A stretch of DNA of 64,000 nucleotides, taken from the NCBI GenBank assembly GCA_037445065.1, contig JBBILD010000002.1, positions 96,001 to 160,000 of the forward strand, written 5' to 3'. The DNA comes from Myxococcales bacterium. Its GTDB lineage: Bacteria; Desulfobacterota; Binatia; HRBIN30. Below the pieces are notes generated by a model. That model did no database searches, was not told the origin of the DNA, and worked only from the letters and a program-made list of their open reading frames with translations. Positions 28,260-39,425 of this stretch are shown here, piece by piece. Numbering within the stretch: the stretch's first letter is position 1; each line of letters begins with the position of its first letter. Both the position numbers and the translations under genes were made by a program.

Positions 28260-29741
28260 ATGGGACTAGAGACGAAACTTTACCAGAAGATGAGCCAGCA
28301 ACTGGTGATGACGCCCCAGTTGCGGCAGGCAATCAAGATCCTCCAAGTGTCCCGGCAGGAACTGGAGGAACTGGTTGCGCAGGAACTGCAGGAAAATCCT
28401 GCACTCGAAGAGGACGTGGAGGAAATCTCCGCGTCAGCGGAACGGAAGGAACGAACGGAAAACGGGGAGGGACCGGCAGAGGCGGAGTGGCTCGAACTGA
28501 CCAACCGCGAGGTCACCGAGGAGGTCGGTGCTGCCGACAAGCTCAGTGACATTGATTGGAAGGAGTATCTGCAAAACTACAGCAACGATTGGTCTGCCGC
28601 TTCCATGGAAACGGCGCCGCCCGATGATGACGATGAGGAACGGCGGCCTTGGTTGGAGAACTTGGCTCGCCGCTCGACCTCGCTCATGGACCATCTTCTC
28701 TGGCAGCTTCGGTTGGACGGGTTGCCTGAGGAGGAACAGCAAATCGCCGTCGAGTTATTGGGTAGCCTCGACGATGACGGTTATTTGACTGCCGAGATCG
28801 AAGACATTGCGTTCCAAACCAGGAACGACTTCGACACCGTGGAACGTGTTTTGCGGCGGATCCAGCAACTCGATCCCGCGGGAGTTGGAGCGCGCAACCT
28901 GCGCGAGTGTTTGCTTCTGCAAATCCGGGCGTTGGGCAAGGAAGACTCGGTGGCGTACCGCATCGTGCACGACCACTTGGATTTGCTCGAGTCGAAAAAG
29001 TTCGACCGGATTGCTCGCGAGCTAGGCATTTCCATCGAGGAGGTGGTCAACGCCACTCATTTTATCGCCACTCTGGAACCGAAACCGGGCCGGAACTTTG
29101 GCGAGGACGAAACGCGCTACGTGATTCCGGACGTGTTCGTGCACAAAGTCGGTGACGAACTCGTGGTGACCCTGAACGACGATGGTCTGCCGCGCCTGCG
29201 GGTCAGTAGCTACTACCGGCGGGTGTTACACGAGAACGGGGCCGAGGAGGCGAAGCGCTACATCCAAGAAAAGCTGCGTTCGGCCGCTTGGCTGATCAAA
29301 AGCATTCACCAGCGCCAGCGCACGTTATACCTTGTCACGCAAAGCATCGTCCGATTCCAGAGAGCCTTCTTCGAGCACGGCATCTCGCATCTAAAGCCCC
29401 TGGTCTTGAAAGATGTGGCGATGGACGTGGGGATGCACGAGTCCACGGTGAGCCGCGCTACGGCGAACAAATACGTTCACACCCCGCAGGGCACGTTCGA
29501 ACTCAAGTTCTTCTTTACCTCGAGCTTGCAAACGGCGGACGGAGACGAGGTGTCTGCCGAATCTGTGAAAGAACGGATCCGCGAGATCATTGCTCGCGAG
29601 GACCCGCGCCGCCCGTTGAGCGACCAGCAAATCGCCAAGCTCCTCGCGCAGGAAAACATCGCGATCGCTCGCCGTACTGTGGCCAAGTATCGGGAAATGA
29701 TGGGTGTCTTGCCCTCGTCGAGGCGCCGGCAAACAGTCTGA
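28260..29741 (+). CDS. rpoN: RNA polymerase sigma-54 factor
   Basis: MTPQLRQAIKILQ, DPAGVGAR.L.ECL, HESTVSRAT, RpoN box ARRTVAKYRE. Confidence 0.98.
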   Translation: MGLETKLYQKMSQQLVMTPQLRQAIKILQVSRQELEELVAQELQENPALEEDVEEISASAERKERTENGEGPAEAEWLELTNREVTEEVGAADKLSDIDWKEYLQNYSNDWSAASMETAPPDDDDEERRPWLENLARRSTSLMDHLLWQLRLDGLPEEEQQIAVELLGSLDDDGYLTAEIEDIAFQTRNDFDTVERVLRRIQQLDPAGVGARNLRECLLLQIRALGKEDSVAYRIVHDHLDLLESKKFDRIARELGISIEEVVNATHFIATLEPKPGRNFGEDETRYVIPDVFVHKVGDELVVTLNDDGLPRLRVSSYYRRVLHENGAEEAKRYIQEKLRSAAWLIKSIHQRQRTLYLVTQSIVRFQRAFFEHGISHLKPLVLKDVAMDVGMHESTVSRATANKYVHTPQGTFELKFFFTSSLQTADGDEVSAESVKERIREIIAREDPRRPLSDQQIAKLLAQENIAIARRTVAKYREMMGVLPSSRRRQTV

Positions 29742-29768
29742 AGGCGAGGAAAGGAAGGAGGTGCTGCG

Positions 29769-30314
29769 ATGGAAATTCGGGTCACGTTTCGTCACGTTCA
29801 TCCGTCCGACGGGCTGCGCGCGTATGCTGAGAAAAAAGTTTCGCGGCTCGAGCGTTTTAGCCACGTTCTCCAGGACGCACACGTCATTTTGTCGGTGGAA
29901 AAACAGCGCCACTGCGCAGAGGTTCAGGTCACGGGACGCAACCTTCAGGTGACCGCGACCGAGGAAACCGCGGACTTATACTCCGCTCTGGATCTGGCGC
30001 TGGAGAAGGTGGAACGGCAGGTCAAACGGCTCGACGAAAAACGCAAGGACCGGAAGGGGAACCGAGTGGGCCTGGGGCGAGCCTCCGCGAGCGCGACCGG
30101 AGCGTTGGCTGAGGTGGAGGGGTCGGGGGAGATCAACGCAACGCGGATCGTTCGGGAACGGGTTGCTGTGAAGCCGATGTCGCTTGACGAGGCTGCCCTC
30201 CAGCTCGAACGTGCAGCGAGCCCGTTCGTGCTCTTTCGTCACGATGGAACGGAGGAGTTTGCTGTGCTGTATCGAGCTGCCGATGGTTCCTTGCGCTTGC
30301 TCCAAGCAGAGTAG
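29769..30314 (+). CDS. hpf: Ribosome hibernation factor (long HPF/RaiA)
   Basis: VTFRH, YAEKK, DLYSALD..EKVERQ, C-terminal KPMSLDEAALQL; downstream of rpoN. Confidence 0.92.
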   Translation: MEIRVTFRHVHPSDGLRAYAEKKVSRLERFSHVLQDAHVILSVEKQRHCAEVQVTGRNLQVTATEETADLYSALDLALEKVERQVKRLDEKRKDRKGNRVGLGRASASATGALAEVEGSGEINATRIVRERVAVKPMSLDEAALQLERAASPFVLFRHDGTEEFAVLYRAADGSLRLLQAE

Positions 30315-30350
30315 GCGTGAGCCAGCTCTGCCAAGCGGCGAGGCAAACGA

Positions 30351-30812
30351 ATGCGGCTCCTCGATATCTTACCCCCGGAACTCATCATCGCCGAACTACG
30401 CGGGGAAGATAAGACCAGCGTACTGCACGAACTCGCAGAAGCATTTGCTCGCTACGACCCGCGGCTCGACGCAGCCGAGATTGTGCGGGTCCTGCAAGAG
30501 CGAGAGCAGGGCGGAACGACAGCGATCGGGGATGGGATTGCCATCCCGCACGGCCGCCTGCCGGGGCTGGACCGGATCGTGGCGGCCTTCGGCCGGCACC
30601 CGCGGGGGGTTGATTTTCAGTCCATTGACGGGCGGCCGACGCATTTGTTCTTTGTGCTCCTGTTGCCCGAAGAATCTGTGGGCATTCACCTCAAAGCTCT
30701 GGCGCGGGTCTCGCGTTTGTTAAAAGACGCTTCGGTTCGCCAGAAGCTCATCTCCGGTCGCGATCCGGCGGAGCTGTACCGAATCATCCGCGAGGCGGAC
30801 GAAACATTGTAA
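30351..30812 (+). CDS. ptsN: PTS EIIA (Ntr/fructose-type)
   Basis: REQGGTTAIGDGIAIPHG, GVDFQSIDG, HLKALARVSRLL. Confidence 0.9.
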   Translation: MRLLDILPPELIIAELRGEDKTSVLHELAEAFARYDPRLDAAEIVRVLQEREQGGTTAIGDGIAIPHGRLPGLDRIVAAFGRHPRGVDFQSIDGRPTHLFFVLLLPEESVGIHLKALARVSRLLKDASVRQKLISGRDPAELYRIIREADETL

Positions 30813-30870
30813 ATGTGGGGGGTCGCTGCCAAAAAGAAGCGGGCCCGAGCCCGACTAGGCCAGCAGAGCA

Positions 30871-31152
30871 ATGTCCGAGGTGACCGTAGTCGACAAGACC
30901 TTGGAAATCACCAACCGGTTAGGCTTGCACGCTCGCGCTGCAGCCTTGCTGGTGCAGACAGCTTCACGGTTCGTGGCGAAGATTACAGTGAGCAAAGACG
31001 GGCAGGAGGTAGATGGTAAGAGCATCCTTGGGCTCATGATGTTGGCGGCGGCGCAGGGCAGCCAGATCCAGGTTCGCGCTGAGGGGCCGGATGCGCAGGA
31101 AGCCATGGCCGCAATCGAGGAACTAGTAGGGCAAAAATTCTACGAGGATTGA
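30871..31152 (+). CDS. HPr-family phosphocarrier
   Basis: NRLGLHARAA (His15) and DGKSILGLMML (Ser46). Confidence 0.95.
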   Translation: MSEVTVVDKTLEITNRLGLHARAAALLVQTASRFVAKITVSKDGQEVDGKSILGLMMLAAAQGSQIQVRAEGPDAQEAMAAIEELVGQKFYED

Positions 31153-31239
31153 AGGGTTGACCCTGTCGTTCACCCTGTATTAAACGGAAAAGCCAGCGCT
31201 ACGGGTCGAGCCGGTAGTTAAGAGGGAGAGGGAAAAGCC

Positions 31240-32457
31240 ATGCCGTTGAAAGACTTCTTGTTCACCTCCGAGTCGGTGTCCGAAGGGCACCCGGACAAAA
31301 TGTGTGACCAGATTTCAGACGCGATTCTGGATGCCCTGCTTGCGGAGGATCCCACGAGCCGCGTGGCTTGTGAGACGCTGACCAAGACAGGGATGGTGGT
31401 AGTGGCCGGGGAAATCACCACCAACGCGCAAGTGCCATACGCCGAGATCGTGCGCGACACGATTCGCGAAATCGGTTACACGTCCTCGGAAATGGGGTTC
31501 GACGGGAACACCTGCGCGATCCTGACGGCGATTGACCGTCAATCGCCGGACATCTCGATCGGTGTGACGCCGGGCCAAGGCTTGTTCAAAGAACAGGGAG
31601 CCGGAGATCAGGGGCTGATGTTCGGCTTCGCGTGTGATGAGACTCCGGAGTTGATGCCGCTGCCGATCGTGCTCGCCCACCGCTTGGTCAAGCATCTTGC
31701 GGACCTGCGCAAGACGGGGAAGTACCCGTTTGTCTACCCGGACGCTAAGTCGCAGGTGACGATCGAATACCGAGATGGCAAGCCGCGCCGAGTGGATGCA
31801 GTGGTCGTATCTACCCAGCACAGTGCGGACGTGGAGTACCAGACGCTCCGGGAGTTCGTGGTTGAGGAAGTGATCAAGAAGGTGTTGCCGCCTGAGTTCT
31901 TCGACAAGGAGACGCGCGTGCATGTGAACCCGACCGGTCGCTTTGTCGTAGGCGGCCCGCAAGGAGACTGCGGTCTGACCGGCCGCAAGATCATCGTGGA
32001 CACGTATGGTGGTTACGGGCGCCATGGCGGTGGTGCCTTTTCTGGGAAGGACCCAACAAAGGTGGACCGGAGCGCGGCTTACATGGCGCGTTACATCGCC
32101 AAGAATATCGTGGCTGCTGGGCTGGCGCGGAAATGTGAAGTCCAACTTGCCTACGCGATTGGCCTTGCCGACCCGATCTCCGTGCTGGTGGATACCTTCG
32201 ACACCGGCGTTGTACCCGACGAGCAACTGGGCGCTCTGGTGCGCGAAGTGTTCGAAATGAAGCCCGCGGACATCATCCGCACGCTACGCCTGCAAAGGCC
32301 AATTTACAAGCGAACCGCTGCGTACGGCCACTTCGGCCGCAAGCCCGAGGGAGATTACTTCACCTGGGAGCGGGAGGATCGCGTGGCAGAGCTGCGCAGT
32401 GCCTTAGGTGCCTCCTCGGCAGAGGGAGCGAGCAACACTCGCGTTGCTGTGGCGTAA
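31240..32457 (+). CDS. metK: S-adenosylmethionine synthetase
   Basis: [39 protein letters not shown]. Confidence 0.98.
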   Translation: MPLKDFLFTSESVSEGHPDKMCDQISDAILDALLAEDPTSRVACETLTKTGMVVVAGEITTNAQVPYAEIVRDTIREIGYTSSEMGFDGNTCAILTAIDRQSPDISIGVTPGQGLFKEQGAGDQGLMFGFACDETPELMPLPIVLAHRLVKHLADLRKTGKYPFVYPDAKSQVTIEYRDGKPRRVDAVVVSTQHSADVEYQTLREFVVEEVIKKVLPPEFFDKETRVHVNPTGRFVVGGPQGDCGLTGRKIIVDTYGGYGRHGGGAFSGKDPTKVDRSAAYMARYIAKNIVAAGLARKCEVQLAYAIGLADPISVLVDTFDTGVVPDEQLGALVREVFEMKPADIIRTLRLQRPIYKRTAAYGHFGRKPEGDYFTWEREDRVAELRSALGASSAEGASNTRVAVA

Positions 32458-32491
32458 GAGCGAGAGCTCGGTCGCTCTTCCTTTCTGATAC

Positions 32492-32530
32492 AACGCGGGA
32501 GCGCCCGGCGGGGCGCTCCCGTGTTTTGTT
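32492..32530 (+). terminator. Rho-independent terminator-like hairpin after metK
   Basis: AACGCGGGAGCGCCC-GGCG-GGGCGCTCCCGTGTT followed by TTGTT. Confidence 0.65.
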
Positions 32531-32532
32531 GA

Positions 32533-33837
<1,305 letters not shown>

Positions 33838-33998
33838 AAAACCTGTTTCCTGCACGCCGACTTCGTGCCAAAAGCGAGTTATGCGCTCGCGATCCCAGGC
33901 GCCGGCAACGGCGTACGCGCTGCCGCACAAGCGGTGCCGGCGCCTCCGCTTAACGTGGCCGTGGTGGGGCTTTCGCGGGCGCGGGAAAGGCGACATCC

Positions 33999-35402
33999 AT
34001 GCCGCTCCGTTTTGACGAGTTGAGCGCAGCCGGGCGCCTGGAGACCTGCTACGACCGGGGATCGTTTCAACCGCGCTGGCAGCGGGACGACAGCCCACTG
34101 GTGATCGGGAGCGGTTTCATCGCTGGTGTGCGGGTCTTGGGGATCGCTACCGATGGCCGAGTTCGCGGTGGCACGTTCGGAGTGACCGAAGCAGGAGCGG
34201 TAGCGCAGACCCTGTCCGAACTTTGCCGCGATGGTCGCCGCGAGGCTGAGGCGGTCTTGCTCTGTCTCGACACGGGTGGGGTACGGGTCGAGGAGGGCCC
34301 GCGAGCTTTGGCCGCGACCTCTGCCGCGGGTGTGTTGCTGGCGGAGTGCTCCTTGGTGGGGCCGCCGATCGTACAGGTGATCTCCGGGCCGCGGGGTTGC
34401 TTCGGAGCACCAGCAGTGATGGCCGGCCTCCCCGACCTCCGCGTCATGGTGGGTGATTGTCATTGGGGCCTCACGGGTCCGCAGCTCTTCTCGGAGGTGT
34501 GCCCGGGAGTCTCGGCGGGCGAGGCGTTACGCGCAACTTCTGCGCAGCATCGTTGGACCACTGGCGACGTCCGGTGGGTGAGGGAAGCCACCGTGACTGT
34601 GGTGCGCGAGGCGGTGTGCAGCGGGTTTGAGCAAGTACGCGGTTTGCGGCGCAGCTCGTTGCAGGATCGGCTGACCGAATCCGCCAGGCTCGTCCAAGAG
34701 CGCCTGGAGCAGCTTCCTGCAGGAACCGGGCGTTGGCGGGCTTCTGCGCGCAAGCGCCGGCGAAGGCTGCTCGAGTATTCCTTGCGCCGGCAGTGGAAGC
34801 CATTTGGAGAGGTCGCCATGGCGGGGCTCGCCCAAGCTGCGTGGGGGCGCCTGGCGGAGCGCCCCGCATTGGGGGTTGTCCTCGGGCCGGCTGATGGCGA
34901 GAGCCACGGCGTGGGAATTCCTGAAGTGGCTTTGGTGGTTGCACAGTTAGCCCGGGTCCGAGACTTCTCTCCCGAGGAACGGGCGCTGATTCTGAATTGC
35001 ATTTTTTGCCAGGGGCACGCTGTAGATGTGGGGCAGGAAGGGAGTGGGCTACCCCGGGTGCTTGCCGAGTGCTTGCGTGCGTACGTTGCCGTCCGCTTGC
35101 TTGGACATCGAATCGTGTCGGTACTGGGAGGTGGAACCTACGGTGCGGCGTTTTTGGCATTCGCGGCGCCGAGCCAGCGCATCCTGGCAATCCGCGGAAC
35201 AAAAGTTGCGCCGATGGCGCCCGAGCTCTTGCGGGCGTTTCAGCGTCTGAAAGGAAAGAAGGAGGATCGGGAAGGCAGTAATCTGGCTGAGCTGATTCCC
35301 GAGGTGCGGGTGGTCGAAAGCGTGCTGCGCCTGCCGCGGGTGCTCCAGGAGGAAGTGCAACGGTTGGAGGCCAGTGCACGAGTCGGGGTGGGAGCTGCAT
35401 GA
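33999..35402 (+). CDS. Fused malonate decarboxylase beta/gamma-like (MdcD-MdcE) carboxyltransferase-fold protein
   Basis: N half GGTFG, LDTGGVRVEE, GCFG, GLTGP (MdcD-like); C half VGIPE, E..GL...LA, RLLGH...V.G..YGAAFLA (MdcE-like). Confidence 0.72.
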   Translation: MPLRFDELSAAGRLETCYDRGSFQPRWQRDDSPLVIGSGFIAGVRVLGIATDGRVRGGTFGVTEAGAVAQTLSELCRDGRREAEAVLLCLDTGGVRVEEGPRALAATSAAGVLLAECSLVGPPIVQVISGPRGCFGAPAVMAGLPDLRVMVGDCHWGLTGPQLFSEVCPGVSAGEALRATSAQHRWTTGDVRWVREATVTVVREAVCSGFEQVRGLRRSSLQDRLTESARLVQERLEQLPAGTGRWRASARKRRRRLLEYSLRRQWKPFGEVAMAGLAQAAWGRLAERPALGVVLGPADGESHGVGIPEVALVVAQLARVRDFSPEERALILNCIFCQGHAVDVGQEGSGLPRVLAECLRAYVAVRLLGHRIVSVLGGGTYGAAFLAFAAPSQRILAIRGTKVAPMAPELLRAFQRLKGKKEDREGSNLAELIPEVRVVESVLRLPRVLQEEVQRLEASARVGVGAA

Positions 35403-35475
35403 GAAGAGGCGCACAGCAGAGTGCGGTGCGTGCAGGGCAACAAGAAATCCGCACACAATCCACGCGGGAGACCCA

Positions 35476-37329
35476 ATGAGACGAAGAGCACAGGCGGTAG
35501 CATTTTTATGCGCGCTGCTGTCTTGGATTTCGGGTTCGGCCGCGGCGGCCCGAGACGTGGCGGGAGGCGGACCCATCGTCAACGGGGTGCTGACGGGCGA
35601 GGCCCCAGCGGTGGGAATGCTGTTGTTCAGCAACAGTGGCAACGCCGAGTCGGCCGCTATGATTTGTACGGGAACGTTGATTGGTTGTCACACCTTTTTG
35701 ACCGCGGCCCACTGTGTGTGCGACACACTGGGGATTGCCTGCCAAGGCAGCAATGCGCCCAACCCCGGGCGATATTTTGTGTTCCTTCAACACGCGGGCG
35801 TGTTCGCGGTGCAGAGTATTCGTGTGCCGGTGGAGTTCGACTTTCCGGTCGCCGACGTGGCGGTGCTCCGACTCGCGACGGACGTCACCGGCATTGTCCC
35901 GGCCCGGATCAACGATGTGGCTTCCCCGACACCGGGCAGTGCAGGTCGGATTGTTGGGTTCGGGCGGACTGGCGGGCGCGATCAATCGGTCGGCATCAAG
36001 CGAGCGGGAAACGTGGTCACTGCGCCCTGCGCCGCGGGAATCTCGGACACCACTTCAGTTTGTTGGAAGTTTTTGAGTCCACTCGGAGTGCCTGGTAGCA
36101 ATTCCAACACTTGTAATGGAGATTCCGGTGGACCGTTGTTTGTTGATTTCGGGACTGGCCCACGCCTCGCTGGGGTCACGTCCGGCGGCCACCAGGAAAA
36201 CTGTGGTCTGGGGGACCTGAGTTACGATGCCAACGTGTTTCAGTACCGTTCTTGGATTGAAGGGGAGGCTGGAGCTGACCTGGGTGCCAGCACGTGTGGA
36301 TCCTTGGCGCACGTCGGCGAGGAGGGGGCCTCCGTCGCCATGTACGAGGGTGTCTTGGCGGCCGGGGAAGTGTTGCCGTATCAGTTCGAGGTACCCACAG
36401 GAACTCAAGAGTTGCGCCTCACGGTGAATGCCACGAGCGACTTCGATTTGTTCGCGGGACCCGGCGTTGGTTTGACCGAGACCACAGCCGATTGCGTTGA
36501 CGATGGAGTACGTTCGACCGCGTTCTGCCGATTCGTGAACCCCGTCCCTGGTCCGTGGTCCGCTCTGGTCAAGGCATACCAGAGTTCCGGGGTCTACCAG
36601 TTTACGGTGTCGCAACTGACTTGGCGCTGCGCCGATCCGGCAAACGAGGGGAAGCCGTGCAACGATGGCAACGACTGCACGGTCGGAGATACTTGCCAAA
36701 GCGGGGATTGCCTGGGGGCGCCGGTGGACGACGGGACGAGTTGTTCGGATGGCAACCCGTGCACCAACCCTGACCAGTGCATTGCGGGGATGTGCATCGG
36801 CGATGAAGAGCCTCGCTCGGGCTGCAAGCAGCCGAGCCAAGCGGCAGCGAGTTCGTTGGTCGTGCGCGACCCGCTCACGGGCAAGCCGACACTTAGCTGG
36901 CGCTGGGATAAGGGCTCGTCCACTTCGGTCGCGGAATTGGGAAACCCGCGTGCAAACGATGGAGTGACGGTGTGCCTGTACGATTCGTCTGCGGGCTCTT
37001 CGCTCCTTGTGTGGGAACAGGCTGTCTCGCCGGGAGGGCTGTGCACGACCAAAAAGCCCTGTTGGGTGAAGACCAAACGAGGCTACCGCTTCCGGAGTTC
37101 CGATGGCAAGCAAGGTGGGGTGGTGTCGGTGCGGCTAAACAGCGGGGATCCCGGCAAAGCCAACGTGAGCCTGCGGGCTTCCGGCTTCAACTTTGCGGTG
37201 CCGGCGTTGCCGTTCGATCAAGATCCACAGGTGGTGCTCCAACTCACGAGCGGGCAAACTTGCTGGGAGGCGCGCTTTACGAACAACACCCGCAATTCCG
37301 AGCAGGAATTTCGGGCGCGTTCGGATTGA
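35476..37329 (+). CDS. Secreted S1 (trypsin-like) serine protease with PPC-like domain, Cys-rich repeats and C-terminal domain
   Basis: Signal peptide, IVNG, LTAAHC, DVAVLRL, CNGDSGGP; DFDLF PPC-like region; two CxDGNxCTxxDxC repeats. Confidence 0.9.
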   Translation: MRRRAQAVAFLCALLSWISGSAAAARDVAGGGPIVNGVLTGEAPAVGMLLFSNSGNAESAAMICTGTLIGCHTFLTAAHCVCDTLGIACQGSNAPNPGRYFVFLQHAGVFAVQSIRVPVEFDFPVADVAVLRLATDVTGIVPARINDVASPTPGSAGRIVGFGRTGGRDQSVGIKRAGNVVTAPCAAGISDTTSVCWKFLSPLGVPGSNSNTCNGDSGGPLFVDFGTGPRLAGVTSGGHQENCGLGDLSYDANVFQYRSWIEGEAGADLGASTCGSLAHVGEEGASVAMYEGVLAAGEVLPYQFEVPTGTQELRLTVNATSDFDLFAGPGVGLTETTADCVDDGVRSTAFCRFVNPVPGPWSALVKAYQSSGVYQFTVSQLTWRCADPANEGKPCNDGNDCTVGDTCQSGDCLGAPVDDGTSCSDGNPCTNPDQCIAGMCIGDEEPRSGCKQPSQAAASSLVVRDPLTGKPTLSWRWDKGSSTSVAELGNPRANDGVTVCLYDSSAGSSLLVWEQAVSPGGLCTTKKPCWVKTKRGYRFRSSDGKQGGVVSVRLNSGDPGKANVSLRASGFNFAVPALPFDQDPQVVLQLTSGQTCWEARFTNNTRNSEQEFRARSD

Positions 37330-37387
37330 TTTGGAACCACACCTCGTGCTTTCTCTGGAGTCCCACTGCACTTGGCCGCCGAAGGGG

Positions 37388-39364
37388 CTACTCGGCCGCC
37401 GCTCCGGCGGAGGGTCGGGCCCTTGGCGGGTTTCTTCTGCGCGGCGTGGCCGCAAACTCTTTCTGCTCACCTGCGCGGGTGAAGTCGTAACCGGCCAAGG
37501 ATGCAACGCTAGCGCGGAAGCTCGCGGACGTTAACGCAGCGAGTAAAGCCTTTCCCGCGTCACTTTCGGCGAAATCTCGGCGTAGCACAAGATCGTACTC
37601 CTCGTGTTCGATCGGCACGAAATCGAGGCCCATCGCCTGGGCAGCGGCGGCGATCCCGAGGCCACAATCGGCAATCCCTCCAGCGACGGCGGCAGCAACC
37701 GCCATGTGGGTGAATTCTTCGCGTTCGTAGCCGCGAATACGCGTCGCTGAAATTCCCTGGCGGGCGAGCAGGTAATCCAACAACACGCGGGTGCCAGCCC
37801 CTGGTTGCCGGTTGACGAATCGCACGTCCTTGCGCGGCAGATCCGCGATGCCGTGGATGCCCTTCGGATTCCCGGGCAACACCAGTAGACCTTGTTGGCG
37901 AACCGCCAGGTGCACGACCACGACGTCGCGAGCCCGGAAGTGCTTGCGGACCTCGGGCAAATTGTACGTGCCGGATTCCGGGTCCAGCAAGTGACATCCC
38001 GCGACGTGCCCTTCGCCACGGGCAAGACCCAGGATTCCTCCCAGGCTGCCCACGTTACTGCACGCAAGGCGGAACGCAGGATTGCTTTGCCGCAGGGCAT
38101 CTTCGAGGTAACCCAAGGTTACGTCGTGACTACCGACAATCAAAATCGTGCGTTGAACTTCATGCCACGGGCGGAGCAACTCGACCGGCACGTTCTGTCC
38201 AGGATCAACTCCTTCGGAGAAGGTTGGAATGCGCACGAAACCGTCTGCACGGACGAGGGAAGAGATCGCACCGGCACCGCGGGGAAGCGGAGCTGCAACA
38301 ATCTGCTTTCCCACCACACCAACATTCACGCGCACGAACTCTTCGAGCCCGAGCTTCGAGGGCATCTTGCGAAGCGCGCGAGCGTGAATGGTCGCAGGCT
38401 CGTCCTCCACGCAGCCGAGGGCGCGGGCCAGCAGGGGACGGAGGAGTTGTTGCGCTACGATGACCGCCGACACGGGATAGCCGGGTAGACCTAACACGGG
38501 CTTACCCTGTACGACTGCACAGAGGGCGGGCTTGCCTGGCATGATCTCGATCCCATGCACGAGGATTTCCCCCGCGGTGCTGAGCAATTGCAGGCTGAAA
38601 TCGTGTTCGCCGGCAGAGGAGCCGGCAATCCATACCAAGATGTCGTTTTCAGCCACAGCCTGTTGGAGAACCTCCTGCATCTCGTTCAGTTCATCTGGTA
38701 CGATTGGATAACGCCTCGGGCTTCCGCCCCATTCGGCCACGAATGCGGCAGCGACCCGTGAGTTGAACTCGACGATGTTCCCAGGCTTGAGTTCGGCACC
38801 CGGCTCGACCAGCTCGCTGCCGGTGGGAACAATGCCGACCAGCGGGCGGCGGGCGACGGTGATCTCGGCGTATCCGGCTGCGAGAAGGGCGCCGATGTCA
38901 TACGGGCGGATTCGATGCCCGCGCGGCAGCAGAGGCTCGGTGGCAACGATGTCCTCCCCGACCAACCGGACATGTTGCCAAGGAGCGGCCGCCTGTCGGA
39001 CCTGCACCTCGTGTGGGTTCAGTTCTTCCGCGTGTTCGATCATGATCACGGCGTTGGCCCAGTGGGGAAGGGGTTGGCCAGTGTCTACGTAAACAAAGCC
39101 GTTCTCCTGCGCGTCGAGCCGCAGGGCCCGTGGCTGCGCCTCGCTAGCACCGAAGGTGTCTTCCGCGCGCACCGCAATGCCGTCCATCGCCGCAGCGTGG
39201 TAGTGAGGCACGGAGTTGCGGGCGAAGACTGGCTCGTAGAGGATTCGGCCGAGGCTTTCCTCTACGGCTACCCTCTCCCCGCTAGGATGCACCCGGGCAG
39301 CTTCCAGAAAGAGCCGCCGAGCTTCGGGCAGCGTCTTTTTGTGCAAAAAACGAGTTCGCGCCAT
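37388..39364 (-). CDS. moeA: Molybdopterin biosynthesis MoeA fused to a PBP/LysR-substrate-binding domain
   Basis: AAMDGIAV, PTGSEL, GSSAG, PGKP, LPGYPVS; C-terminal GSHD, GSLGG, NRQPGAGTRVLLD. Confidence 0.92.
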   Translation of the reverse strand: MARTRFLHKKTLPEARRLFLEAARVHPSGERVAVEESLGRILYEPVFARNSVPHYHAAAMDGIAVRAEDTFGASEAQPRALRLDAQENGFVYVDTGQPLPHWANAVIMIEHAEELNPHEVQVRQAAAPWQHVRLVGEDIVATEPLLPRGHRIRPYDIGALLAAGYAEITVARRPLVGIVPTGSELVEPGAELKPGNIVEFNSRVAAAFVAEWGGSPRRYPIVPDELNEMQEVLQQAVAENDILVWIAGSSAGEHDFSLQLLSTAGEILVHGIEIMPGKPALCAVVQGKPVLGLPGYPVSAVIVAQQLLRPLLARALGCVEDEPATIHARALRKMPSKLGLEEFVRVNVGVVGKQIVAAPLPRGAGAISSLVRADGFVRIPTFSEGVDPGQNVPVELLRPWHEVQRTILIVGSHDVTLGYLEDALRQSNPAFRLACSNVGSLGGILGLARGEGHVAGCHLLDPESGTYNLPEVRKHFRARDVVVVHLAVRQQGLLVLPGNPKGIHGIADLPRKDVRFVNRQPGAGTRVLLDYLLARQGISATRIRGYEREEFTHMAVAAAVAGGIADCGLGIAAAAQAMGLDFVPIEHEEYDLVLRRDFAESDAGKALLAALTSASFRASVASLAGYDFTRAGEQKEFAATPRRRNPPRARPSAGAAAE

Positions 39365-39425
39365 GGTGGGCAAAGGTAACAAAAGCCGCTGGGCCGTCTA
39401 CCGTCCCACCAATACGCCAGAAAGT

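Noticed and set aside
33856..33872. Minus-strand TTGGCACGAAGTCGGC, sigma54-like GG-N10-GC
   Set aside because: Poor -12 element (CGGC), and it points antisense into the ahcY 3' end with no downstream gene.
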